Assembly (NCBI GenBank): GCA_001771285.1 | Contig: METI01000187.1 | Span: 1 to 58,170, forward strand | Direction of reading: 5' to 3' | Source: a candidate division NC10 bacterium RIFCSPLOWO2_12_FULL_66_18 | GTDB taxonomy: Bacteria > Methylomirabilota > Methylomirabilia > Methylomirabilales > 2-02-FULL-66-22 | DNA: 58,170 nt | In this document: piece after piece, positions 1 through 8,169 of the stretch | Layout of the letters: each line of letters begins with the position of its first letter | Position numbering within the stretch: position 1 is the stretch's first letter | Notes under the pieces: model-generated | What the model was told of the DNA's origin: nothing | Databases searched by the model: none | Seen by the model: the letters and a program-made list of their open reading frames with translations, nothing else | Translations under genes and position numbers: made by a program

Positions 1-213
1 ACGTTGGAGTTCAACGGCTACCCCCTCGACTACTTCGAGACCCTCCTCGACCGGTACCGCGCCATCACCGTGGCCGACATCCAGCGCGTGGCTACCCAAT
101 ACCTCCGCCCCGATGCCACGACGATCCTCATCGTTGGGGACGCCTCGAAGTTCGAGCCCGCCATGGCCGTCTTTGGACCGGTGCATCGTCTTTCCGTGGA
201 GACCCCTGGGTGA
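1..213 (+). CDS. M16-family (insulinase/pitrilysin-like) zinc peptidase, C-terminal fragment; the 5' end lies outside the window
   Basis: Frame 1 is open from nt 1 to TGA at 211-213. The tail ...ITVADIQRVATQYLRPDATTILIVGD... looks like the C-terminal end of M16 peptidases. Confidence 0.5.
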   Translation, partial: TLEFNGYPLDYFETLLDRYRAITVADIQRVATQYLRPDATTILIVGDASKFEPAMAVFGPVHRLSVETPG

Positions 214-354
214 GGAAATCCCCGGGCTGACCTGTACGGACGGATCATCCATCAACTTCCATGGGAACCTTTCAACCCTCCTCCGTGTTGGAATTGGCGA
301 GGAGAGACCAATCTGTCTCCGTCCAGTTCCGGAGTTGATCACCGGAGATCACTC

Positions 355-1380
355 ATGACCATGCCGAGGATCCTCGCGGTGGGGACGGCCAATCCACCCA
401 ACCGCTTCACGCAGGCCGAGGCCCTGGCGCTGGCGGGCTATACCGACGAGCGGCGCCGGGGCTTCTTCCTGAACAGCGGCATCGAGGGGCGCTACCTGGC
501 CATCGACAGGAACGGCTTCCGGCCCACCGAGAGCCTGGACGACTTGCAGGCCCGCTTCCGCAAGACGAGCGTGGAGCTGGGGTGCCAGGCGCTCCTCCGC
601 GCGCTGGCCCGGGCGGGCCGCAGCCCGCGCGATCTCGATTTCCTCGCTACCACGACCTGCACCGGGCGCCTCTGCCCCAGCCTGGACGCGATCATGATCC
701 GCGAGCTGGGCTTGCGCAGCGACCTCCAGCGGGTCCACGTGGGAGACACCGGCTGCGCCTCGGCCATCGTGGCGCTGCAGCAGGCCTGCAACCATCTGCG
801 CGCGTTCCCGGACCATCTGGCCGCCGTCGTCGCCGTCGAGGTGTCGTCGGCCAGCTACTACCTGGACGACGATCTGGAGACGGCCGTGGCCAATGCGATC
901 TTCGCCGACGGGGCCGGCGCCGCCGTCATGGCCTGCGCCGGCGAGGGGCCTGAGGTGATCGCGCACCGGACCCTGGTTCGGCCCGAGTTCCTGGACCTCA
1001 TGGGCTTCACCTTCCCGGGCGGCTACCAGCGCATCCTGCTCTCCAAGGATGTTCGGCACATCGCCGCGGACATGCTGGCCGAGCTGGCGGACCAATTGCT
1101 GACCGCCCACGGCCTCACCCGGGCGGACGTGCGGCACTGGGTCCTTCACTCGGCAGGCCGCCGGGTGATCGAGCGAGCGCAGCGCCAACTGCACCTTTCG
1201 GATGGCGCGCTCGCGCAGGCCCGCGCCGTCCTCCGGGAGTACGGCAACATGTCTTCGGCGACTGTCCTGTTCGTCCTGCACCAGCTCCTCCAAACCGCGA
1301 ACCCCCGGAGCGGAGACTGGGGCGTGATGATCGCCCTGGGTCCGGGCTTTGCCGCCGAGGGGGCGCTGCTCCGATGGTGA
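355..1380 (+). CDS. Type III polyketide synthase (chalcone/stilbene-synthase-like)
   Basis: 341-aa ORF. Cys-His-Asn triad contexts are visible: GDTGCASAIVAL, HWVLHSAGRRVI and EYGNMSSATVLFVL. The N-terminus ILAVGTANPPN is typical of the family. Confidence 0.9.
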   Translation: MTMPRILAVGTANPPNRFTQAEALALAGYTDERRRGFFLNSGIEGRYLAIDRNGFRPTESLDDLQARFRKTSVELGCQALLRALARAGRSPRDLDFLATTTCTGRLCPSLDAIMIRELGLRSDLQRVHVGDTGCASAIVALQQACNHLRAFPDHLAAVVAVEVSSASYYLDDDLETAVANAIFADGAGAAVMACAGEGPEVIAHRTLVRPEFLDLMGFTFPGGYQRILLSKDVRHIAADMLAELADQLLTAHGLTRADVRHWVLHSAGRRVIERAQRQLHLSDGALAQARAVLREYGNMSSATVLFVLHQLLQTANPRSGDWGVMIALGPGFAAEGALLRW

Positions 1381-1397
1381 GAGGATCGGGGGAGATG

Positions 1398-1572
1398 CAA
1401 TCCAAAACATACTGAACCGCCAAGACGCCAAGGTTACCCCTGCCTCTCTCTTCAAGATCAAGTTACGAACCGGTTTCGTCATGCGATTCAGAATTTCCAC
1501 TTCTCCGGCGGCTCCCCCCATGAGGTTCCTGGCGTTCTTGGCGCCATGGCGGTTGACGTCTTCGGATCGGGG
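1398..1572. repeat. MITE-like inverted-repeat element, copy 1 (~175 bp)
   Basis: The left arm gaaccgccaagacgccaaggt is identical to the arm at 10121-10141. The right arm core cttggcgccatggcggtt matches the reverse complement of the left core at 16/18 positions. The outer ends caatccaaaa / ttcggatcggg and the internal ttcagaatttcc are also shared with copy 2. Confidence 0.75.
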
Positions 1573-2308
1573 TCGTCTCGTTGGCGCCACCGAGCTGATG
1601 GACCTGCCCGGCGCCGATCAGGACGAGCTGGCCCGCACCCTCGAAGACCTCGCCTGGATCAATCGCTGGCTGGGAGGAACACGGCTCGTCCGCACCGAGC
1701 TCGCGCCTCTCCTTCACGGCCTGCGCGGCCCGATCCGCATCCTGGACGTGGCCACGGGCTATGCGGACATCCCGAGAGCCATCGTCTGGTGGGGACGCAG
1801 ACGGCGTCTGGCCATCGAGGTCGAAGGTCTGGATCATCACGACCAGATCCTGGCGCTGGCCCGACGGGCCAGCGCGACTTACCCCGAGACCCACCTCCGG
1901 CAGGGTGATGCATTGGCCCTGCCCTACCCCGACGGACACTTCGACGTCGTCCTCGCCTCCCTGATCCTCCACCACATGGAGGGAGAGGAGCAGGTGCGGT
2001 TGTTACGCGAACTCTACCGCGTCGCTCGTCGCGCCGTGCTGGTGAACGACCTCCGGCGAGGCCGCTGGGCGTTTCTGCTCACCTGGACGAGCCTTCACGT
2101 CGTTTCCCGCAGCCGCCTCATTCACCACGACGGCCCGCTGTCCGTGCGCCGCGGGTTCCTGCCCGAGGAGTTATTGGCGCTGGCACGCGAGGCCGGTTGG
2201 GCCGCGGCGCGTGTGTCCCGCCACGCCTTCTTCCGGCTGGCCCTCGTCGGGGAGAAGAGTCCCGAACCTGACATGCAACCACAGATGCACACAGATAAAC
2301 ACAGATGA
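1520..2308 (+). CDS. Class I SAM-dependent methyltransferase (start uncertain: ATG 1520, TTG 1538/1553 or ATG 1598)
   Basis: Contains the SAM-binding motif ILDVATGYADIP and DVVLASLILHHM...VLVNDLRR. The conserved ELMDLP...INRWLGG block needs a start upstream of 1598. All candidate upstream starts lie inside the repeat element. Confidence 0.8.
   Translation: MRFLAFLAPWRLTSSDRGRLVGATELMDLPGADQDELARTLEDLAWINRWLGGTRLVRTELAPLLHGLRGPIRILDVATGYADIPRAIVWWGRRRRLAIEVEGLDHHDQILALARRASATYPETHLRQGDALALPYPDGHFDVVLASLILHHMEGEEQVRLLRELYRVARRAVLVNDLRRGRWAFLLTWTSLHVVSRSRLIHHDGPLSVRRGFLPEELLALAREAGWAAARVSRHAFFRLALVGEKSPEPDMQPQMHTDKHR
2280..2308. repeat. Short tandem oligomer repeat, cacagat(g/a) x3, AT-rich
   Basis: The sequence is cacagatg cacacagata aacacagatga. 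It encodes the last residues (QMHTDKHR) and the stop codon of the methyltransferase ORF. Confidence 0.6.
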
Positions 2309-2314
2309 TTTTCA

Positions 2315-2968
2315 ATGGCGATCTGCGGGCATTCAGGAATCTTCAATAGACACAGACGGACAGGAGCCCAGCTCGGACTGTCTCTCGTGGTCGTCTTTGG
2401 GTTCGCGGAGGCCGGGGGGGCCTGCGAGCTGCCGCCCCTGCCGGAGACGGCGAAGCCCCGTGCCACCTATCGCCTGGACGAGACGAAGAGCGTCGTGCGG
2501 TTCGATGCCAAGGCGTTCATGCACGACTTCACGGGAAAGACGTTCAAGCTTCTGGGAAGCATTCGGGTGGGCGATCTGGATCGGCTCCCCGATGTGGAGG
2601 CCTGCGTCACGATTGATGCCGCCAGCCTGGAGACGGGCATCGCGACCCGCGACGGCATCATGCGGGATGACCACCTGGAGACCGCGAAATTCCCAACCAT
2701 TGATTTCGTCCTGAAGAAGGTGGAGGCAGTGAGCCGCCAGTCCGGTGGGTGGGACTTCACGGCTCGCGGCAATCTGTCTTTGCATGGGGTCAGCCGAGAA
2801 ATCATCTTCCCCGTTCGAGCCCACCAGGCAGGGGATATAGTGCGGCTGGCCGCCGAGGTCCCTCTCAAGATGACCGACTACCGCATCCGCATCCCCACGT
2901 TCCTTTTCTTCACCGTCGAGGACCGAGTCGTGGTCCGCTTCGACGTGACCGCGAAACGCGCCCAATGA
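2315..2968 (+). CDS. YceI-family lipid/polyisoprenoid-binding protein, probably secreted or a lipoprotein
   Basis: The YceI-like core reads SVVRFDAKAFMHDFTGKTF...ETGIATRDGIMRDDHLETAKFPTIDF...LSLHGVSREI. The N-terminus has RHRR, a hydrophobic stretch, and AGGAC (lipobox-like). Confidence 0.85.
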   Translation: MAICGHSGIFNRHRRTGAQLGLSLVVVFGFAEAGGACELPPLPETAKPRATYRLDETKSVVRFDAKAFMHDFTGKTFKLLGSIRVGDLDRLPDVEACVTIDAASLETGIATRDGIMRDDHLETAKFPTIDFVLKKVEAVSRQSGGWDFTARGNLSLHGVSREIIFPVRAHQAGDIVRLAAEVPLKMTDYRIRIPTFLFFTVEDRVVVRFDVTAKRAQ

Positions 2969-2980
2969 CAATCACCATCG

Positions 2981-3017
2981 GAAAAATTCGAAATCCGGAA
3001 TCCAAAATCCGAAGTTC
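2981..3017. repeat. Five tandem GAAATCC-like heptamers in the yceI-oxidoreductase spacer
   Basis: The units are gaaaaattc gaaatcc ggaatcc aaaatcc gaagttc, ending immediately upstream of ATG 3021. The stretch shares aatccaaaa with the end of the MITE-like element. Confidence 0.6.
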
Positions 3018-3020
3018 ATC

Positions 3021-4241
3021 ATGTGGGACGCGATTGTAGTCGGGGCGGGGCCGGCAGGCTGCACGGCAGCCACTCTATTCGCCCGTGAGGGCCTCCGCGT
3101 GCTCCTCCTGGACAAGTCGGCCGCGCCTCCGCCCAAGGTCTGCGGCGAGTACCTGAGCCCAGGGTGCCTCCCCATCCTGGAGCGGATCGGTGCGCTGAAA
3201 TCGGTCTGGGACGCGGGGGGGCGCCCGCTTTACGGGATGACCATCCACACGGCCGCCAGGCGCACCCTGGAGGCGACCTACCCGCGGGACAGCGATGTGA
3301 CGGGGTCCCCCCTCCACGGCCTGTCCGTCCGGCGCGCGGTCCTGGACCCCATGCTTCTGGATCGCGCCGTGAAGGATGGAGCCGAGTTCGAGCCCTACTT
3401 CCAGGTGAGCGATCTCGTGTGGGAGGATGGTCGGGTCGTGGGCGTCCAGGGGCGACATCGGGGTCGGGTGACTGCCCTTCGTGGCCGCCTGACTGTGGGT
3501 GCGGATGGGCGGAACTCTGTGGTCGCCCGACGCGTCGGAAGTGTGACGCGACACCGCTGGCTGGACAAGGTTGCCCTGGTGAGTTATGTCACCGGCGCAG
3601 AGCGTGCAGAGGACGTCGGCGAGATCTTCCTCGGTCACGACCGATATTGCATCCTGAATCCGATCGGACCGGACCTGACGAATGTCGGCCTCGTCATCAA
3701 CCGCCGGGACTTCACCCCCACGACCGACCCGACACGTTTCCTGTTGGAAACTGCCGCGACCCTGCCTGGCCTCCGGGATCGCCTGGCAGACGCCCGCCCA
3801 ATCGGGCCGGTTCGCTGTCTTGGTCCACTTGCCTATCGCGGCTCGCAGCTCGCGGCTCGAGGGGCCCTCCTCATCGGGGATGCCGCCGGATTCCTGGATC
3901 CGTTCACGGGTGAGGGCCTCTACACCGGCCTCCGCAGCGCCGAGTTGGCGGTGCAGTGCGCTCTGCCCGCCCTGTGCAACGGGTCTGCGGCCCATCCTGA
4001 CCTGCGCACCTACGCCGCCGCCTGGCGGCGCGAATTCCTCCCCAAGTGGCGCCTGTGCACCCTCTTCCAGCACGCCATCCGTCGCCCACCTTTGGCCGAA
4101 TGGTTGGTCGCCGGCCTGAGCCGCCGGCCCGACCTGACCACCCTCCTCATGGCCGTGGTCGGCGACCTGATCCCGGCGTACACACTGACTCCGCTCCGGC
4201 TTTTCCCCCGACTCCTGACAAGGGCGAGAACCTTCGCCTGA
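3021..4241 (+). CDS. FAD-dependent oxidoreductase, geranylgeranyl-reductase/flavin-monooxygenase family
   Basis: N-terminal dinucleotide fold DAIVVGAGPAGCTAATLFAREGLRVLLLDK, plus GDAAGFLDPFTGEG. Confidence 0.85.
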   Translation: MWDAIVVGAGPAGCTAATLFAREGLRVLLLDKSAAPPPKVCGEYLSPGCLPILERIGALKSVWDAGGRPLYGMTIHTAARRTLEATYPRDSDVTGSPLHGLSVRRAVLDPMLLDRAVKDGAEFEPYFQVSDLVWEDGRVVGVQGRHRGRVTALRGRLTVGADGRNSVVARRVGSVTRHRWLDKVALVSYVTGAERAEDVGEIFLGHDRYCILNPIGPDLTNVGLVINRRDFTPTTDPTRFLLETAATLPGLRDRLADARPIGPVRCLGPLAYRGSQLAARGALLIGDAAGFLDPFTGEGLYTGLRSAELAVQCALPALCNGSAAHPDLRTYAAAWRREFLPKWRLCTLFQHAIRRPPLAEWLVAGLSRRPDLTTLLMAVVGDLIPAYTLTPLRLFPRLLTRARTFA

Positions 4242-4301
4242 GAATCTTCCGCAGGATGTGAGGGAAGGAGGGGCAGGAAGAAGGCGTCGAGGAGGGGTCG
4301 G

Positions 4302-5879
4302 CTACCGGAGCACCAAGCCCATGGGTTCTGGCTGGAACAAGTTGGGACTCATGGTCCGGAGATTCGCCGACACGCGCGGCCGGAACTCCATCTGGCCGAG
4401 AACATCCTTCTCCTGGTCAATGCCGGGAGCGATCTCGGCGAGCTCCAGTCCTTGATCGCCCAAGCGGAAGACCGCCCGCTCCGTGACGTAGAGGACCTCC
4501 TGGCGGTTGGCCAGGGCCTGCGCGGCGTTGAAGGTGAGTTGTTCGATTGCTCGCATGAACTTCCGGATGCGGCCTTCCCGGAGAATGGTCAGCCGGCCAT
4601 CCGCCACCACGGTCTCCAGGCCGCCCGAGGTGAAGGTCGCGCAGAAGACAATGCGGCGCGCCCGGTGGACGATGTGGGGGAAGCCGCCGCTGCCGGTGAC
4701 CTCGCCGGCAAATTTGCTGACGTTGACGTTGCCCTCTGCATCCACCTGGGCCAGACCCAGGAACGCGATATTCAGCCCGCCACCGTTGTAGAGGTCGAAC
4801 TGGCACGCGGAATCCAGGATGGCATCGGGGTTGGCGGCCACCACGAACGAAGTGTCGTAGGCAGTTCCCGGCAGCCCCCCGATGGTCCCGTGTTCGTTGG
4901 TGAACGTCACTCGCTCCAGGCAGGCCTCCTCCAGGGCCACGAGGGGAACCTCCGCCGGCAGCCCCACACCAATGTTCACCACGTCCCCTAGCTGTAACTC
5001 CTGCGCGGCGCGGCGCGCAATGACCTTGCGGTCCGTGAGCGGGAGCCGGCGGGCCCCATCAAACGGGATGCGGAGGCCGCCGCTGAAGGCCAGGTTGGGA
5101 CCCAGTGCGGCGTCGTAACTCTGGGGGGAGAGCTGCGTCTGTTTGGGATGCACCACGATCGCGTCCACCAGGATCCCCGGCACCTTCACCAGCCGGACGT
5201 CCAGGCTATCCGCCAGGACCCGCCGCTTGACCTGGGCGATGACCATTCCCCCGGAGTTCTTGGCCGCCATGGCCAGCGTCAGAGCCCCCAGGTAGTTCGG
5301 CTCTTCTTCCATGGAGAGATTGCCCTTGTCGTCGGCCGCGGTGCCTCGAACGATGGCCACATCAATGGGAAACGGACGGTAGTACAGCACCTCTCGCCCG
5401 CCCAGGGTGAGGACCTCCGCGAGGTCCTCCTTCGTCACCGCGTTGAGGCGACCCCCCTCGATGCGCGGGTCCAAGTAGGTCCCCAGGCCGACGTCCGTCA
5501 GGAGGCCGGGGGATCCGCCCGCCACGCAGCGGAGGAGGTGCAGGATCGTCCCCATGCCCAGGTTGTACGCCTCCACCTCGTTCCCCAGAATCATCTCGTT
5601 CAGGCGGGGCGCCCGGCGCTTGTTGTAGGCGCCGGCGATGATCCGGCGGAGCATCCCCGGATGGGAGAAGGTGTTCATGCCCCCGGTCCCGGACAGATCG
5701 CTGGGAAGCATGGGGCAGACCACGCTGAGATCTCGCGGCTCGCCGGTCTCCAGGAATCGCTGCTCCAGCGCGCGGAGGAGGAGGTCCGGCTCCAGCACCG
5801 CGCCCGTGCCGATGACCGCCACGGTGCTGCCGCTCCGGATCAACGCCACCGCCGAAGCGACATCCACTACCTTCCTCAT
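4302..5879 (-). CDS. Family I acyl-CoA:acetate/3-ketoacid CoA-transferase, fused alpha-beta (YdiF/Pct-like), copy 1
   Basis: 525 aa, collinear with E. coli YdiF. Shared blocks include ...EVEAYNLGMGT..., FTNEHGTIGG (catalytic Glu context) and YVTERAVFRL...LAEIAPGID. ATG at 5879. Confidence 0.85.
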   Translation of the reverse strand: MRKVVDVASAVALIRSGSTVAVIGTGAVLEPDLLLRALEQRFLETGEPRDLSVVCPMLPSDLSGTGGMNTFSHPGMLRRIIAGAYNKRRAPRLNEMILGNEVEAYNLGMGTILHLLRCVAGGSPGLLTDVGLGTYLDPRIEGGRLNAVTKEDLAEVLTLGGREVLYYRPFPIDVAIVRGTAADDKGNLSMEEEPNYLGALTLAMAAKNSGGMVIAQVKRRVLADSLDVRLVKVPGILVDAIVVHPKQTQLSPQSYDAALGPNLAFSGGLRIPFDGARRLPLTDRKVIARRAAQELQLGDVVNIGVGLPAEVPLVALEEACLERVTFTNEHGTIGGLPGTAYDTSFVVAANPDAILDSACQFDLYNGGGLNIAFLGLAQVDAEGNVNVSKFAGEVTGSGGFPHIVHRARRIVFCATFTSGGLETVVADGRLTILREGRIRKFMRAIEQLTFNAAQALANRQEVLYVTERAVFRLGDQGLELAEIAPGIDQEKDVLGQMEFRPRVSANLRTMSPNLFQPEPMGLVLR

Positions 5880-5887
5880 ATAAATCC

Positions 5888-6640
5888 CTATCGCGGATAA
5901 TTCAGCCCCAGGATCGCCACGGCCCGCACCGGCGAGCCGGTCCCCTCTCGGATCTTCAGTGGGAGGGCCGCGTACACGAATCGCTTCCCGGCGAGCCGCT
6001 CGGGAATGACCAGGTTTTCCGTGACGACGAGCTTCCGATCACGGCAGGCGGTGTGCGACGGATTCGGCGGGTCGGAGTCCCAGTGCTCCTGGGAGGGATT
6101 GTCCACCGTGCGTGCCTCTGTCCCGATGTGGACCACGCCCTGGTCGGCGAGCCAGTCGGTCGCCTCCCGGTCCAGGCCGGGGAACCCTTTCAGGTATCGG
6201 TCCATGATCGCTTGCCGCTCGAACACGCGGATGGGCGCGTCCTTGATCCCCTCGGGCAGGTGCCCCAGACGCATCAGGAAGGCGTCGCCCGGACGGATCT
6301 CGAGCCCGGTCTTGGCCAGCCCCTCTTGGATGTCGCGCCTCGTGATGTAGGACCCCGCCGGAATGTGGGAGAAGTCCAAACAGATCGCCGGCGTGAAAAA
6401 CCTGTCCAGCGGCATCCGATCAATGGAGAGCGCGTCCGGACGGGAGTCGAAGTGACTGTAGGCGTCCACGTGGGTGCCGCAGTGGTCCGACATGATGAGG
6501 CCCTTGCTGCTGAACGAGATGTCCCCGTGCTTGAAGGTGTAGTCGGCGTGGTGGACATTCGTCCAGATGATGGGCGTGGGCTGGCTGGCGCTGGACGGCC
6601 TCCGGCTGTAAATTTCCTGACTCAGATCTATGATCTCCAT
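5888..6640 (-). CDS. Cyclase-family protein (PF04199-like, arylformamidase/kynurenine-formamidase fold), copy 1
   Basis: Metal motif HCGTHVDAYSHF. I chose the MEIIDLSQEIY start (ATG 6640, preceded by GGGGAGGA) by analogy with the paralog at 44301-45005. The track ORF extends to GTG 6685. Confidence 0.8.
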   Translation of the reverse strand: MEIIDLSQEIYSRRPSSASQPTPIIWTNVHHADYTFKHGDISFSSKGLIMSDHCGTHVDAYSHFDSRPDALSIDRMPLDRFFTPAICLDFSHIPAGSYITRRDIQEGLAKTGLEIRPGDAFLMRLGHLPEGIKDAPIRVFERQAIMDRYLKGFPGLDREATDWLADQGVVHIGTEARTVDNPSQEHWDSDPPNPSHTACRDRKLVVTENLVIPERLAGKRFVYAALPLKIREGTGSPVRAVAILGLNYPR

Positions 6641-6681
6641 GGTCCTCCCCTCGAATCTTCCGTGGTTCCCGGCGAATTGTC

Positions 6682-7401
6682 TCACCCGCCCAGGTACAAC
6701 CGTTTCACGTCGGCGCTGGCCAGCAGCTCCGCCCCGGTCCCCTCGTAGCGGTTCTGCCCCAGTTCCAGGACGTACCCCCGGTCCGAGATCTCCAGGGCCC
6801 GGCGCGCATTCTGCTCCACCAGCATGATGGTCGTTCCCGCGTCCCTCACCTGCCGGATCGTCTCGAAGATCATCTCGGCGAACTTGGGCGACAGCCCCAG
6901 CGAGGGCTCGTCCACCAGCATCAGGCTCGGGCGGAGCAGGAGGCAGCGGGCCATCTCCACCACCTGCTGCTGGCCCCCGCTCAGCGCGCCGGCCAGGGCC
7001 GTCCGCTTCTCGCGCAGGAGGGGGAACCGGGCCGCCACCGCCTCCAGGTCGGCCTGCAACGCCGTCCGGTCGCCGCGGATGTAGCCGCCCAGTTCCAGGT
7101 TCTCCCAGACCGTCATGTGGGGGAACACAGAGCGGCCCTGGGGGACGTAGGCCAGGCCCCGCTCCGCCATCCGGTCTGGAGGGAGACCGCCGATCTCCGC
7201 CCCCTGGAAGCGGATGTGGCCCGTGCGCGGGCGGAGGAACCCGAAGATCGTCTTAAAGATCGTGGACTTCCCCGCGCCGTTGGGGCCGATGACCGAGACG
7301 ATCTCGCCCCGGAACACTCGCAGGGAGACGCCCCGCAGGACGTCGTACCCGCCGTAACCCGCGCAGATCTGCTCCATCTCCAGCACGCACTCAGCGGCCA
7401 A
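6682..7401 (-). CDS. livF: Branched-chain amino-acid ABC transporter ATP-binding protein
   Basis: Walker A GPNGAGKST, signature LSGGQQQ, Walker B LMLVDEPSLGL. The start is TTG 7401; GTG 7386 and ATG 7377 are alternatives. Confidence 0.9.
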   Translation of the reverse strand: MAAECVLEMEQICAGYGGYDVLRGVSLRVFRGEIVSVIGPNGAGKSTIFKTIFGFLRPRTGHIRFQGAEIGGLPPDRMAERGLAYVPQGRSVFPHMTVWENLELGGYIRGDRTALQADLEAVAARFPLLREKRTALAGALSGGQQQVVEMARCLLLRPSLMLVDEPSLGLSPKFAEMIFETIRQVRDAGTTIMLVEQNARRALEISDRGYVLELGQNRYEGTGAELLASADVKRLYLGG

Positions 7402-8140
7402 AGTAGGCCTCCATCACTGCAGGGTCCTGCCGGACCTTGGCCGGCGGCCCTTCCGCGATGCGCCGCCCGTGGTCCAGGACCACCACGGTATCGCACAGGT
7501 CCATGATCACCTTGAGGTCATGCTCCACCACGAGGAAGGTCTTGCCGCGTTCGCGGAAGTGCTGGACCTGCCGGATGAGGGTATTGATCATGGTGGGGTT
7601 CACGCCGGCCGCGGGCTCGTCCAGCAGGATCAGTTCCGGCTCGGGATTCATGCAGAGGACGTTGAGGAAGGCCACCAGCTTCTGCTGCCCATAGGAGAGG
7701 GAGCCGGCGCGTTCCCGCTGCTTGTCGTGCAGGCCCACCATCTCGAGCAGCGCGTCGATCTCGGCCGAGGGTCCGGTCGCGACGCGGGGAAGAGAGGCCA
7801 GCATCGTCTGGAGGTTGCTCCCCATCAACCGCGGCTGCCGCATGAGTTCCAGGTTCTGCCGCACCGTGAGGTCGGGGAAGAGTTTCAGCAGTTGGAACGT
7901 CCGGCCGATTCCCCGGCGGGCGACGGCGTAGGGCGGCAGGCCGTCGATCCGGTCCCCGCGGAACAGGATCTGGCCTCCATCCAGTCGGGACAGGCCGCTG
8001 ATCAGGTTCAGCATCACGGTCTTGCCTGACCCGTTCGGACCGATGAGCCCCACGATGCAGCCGGCCCGCACCTGGAAGGACACGCCGTCCAGGGCGAGGA
8101 TGCCGCCGAACCGTTTCGTCACGTCTGCCAGGGTCAGCAT
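7391..8140 (-). CDS. livG: Branched-chain amino-acid ABC transporter ATP-binding protein
   Basis: GPNGSGKT, LSYGQQK and LILLDEPAAG. The start was re-set to ATG 8140 (MLTLADVTKRFGG); ATG 8191 is possible. The 321-aa track ORF is over-extended. Confidence 0.9.
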   Translation of the reverse strand: MLTLADVTKRFGGILALDGVSFQVRAGCIVGLIGPNGSGKTVMLNLISGLSRLDGGQILFRGDRIDGLPPYAVARRGIGRTFQLLKLFPDLTVRQNLELMRQPRLMGSNLQTMLASLPRVATGPSAEIDALLEMVGLHDKQRERAGSLSYGQQKLVAFLNVLCMNPEPELILLDEPAAGVNPTMINTLIRQVQHFRERGKTFLVVEHDLKVIMDLCDTVVVLDHGRRIAEGPPAKVRQDPAVMEAYFGR

Positions 8141-8169
8141 CCCTGTCGGGACTTCCAGATCCCTCAAGT

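Noticed and set aside
4261-4297. Purine-rich tract (agggaaggaggggcaggaagaagg...) between the convergent flavoprotein and CoA-transferase genes, examined as a bidirectional terminator.
   Set aside because: No stable hairpin or T-run is present. I treat it only as a compositional curiosity.
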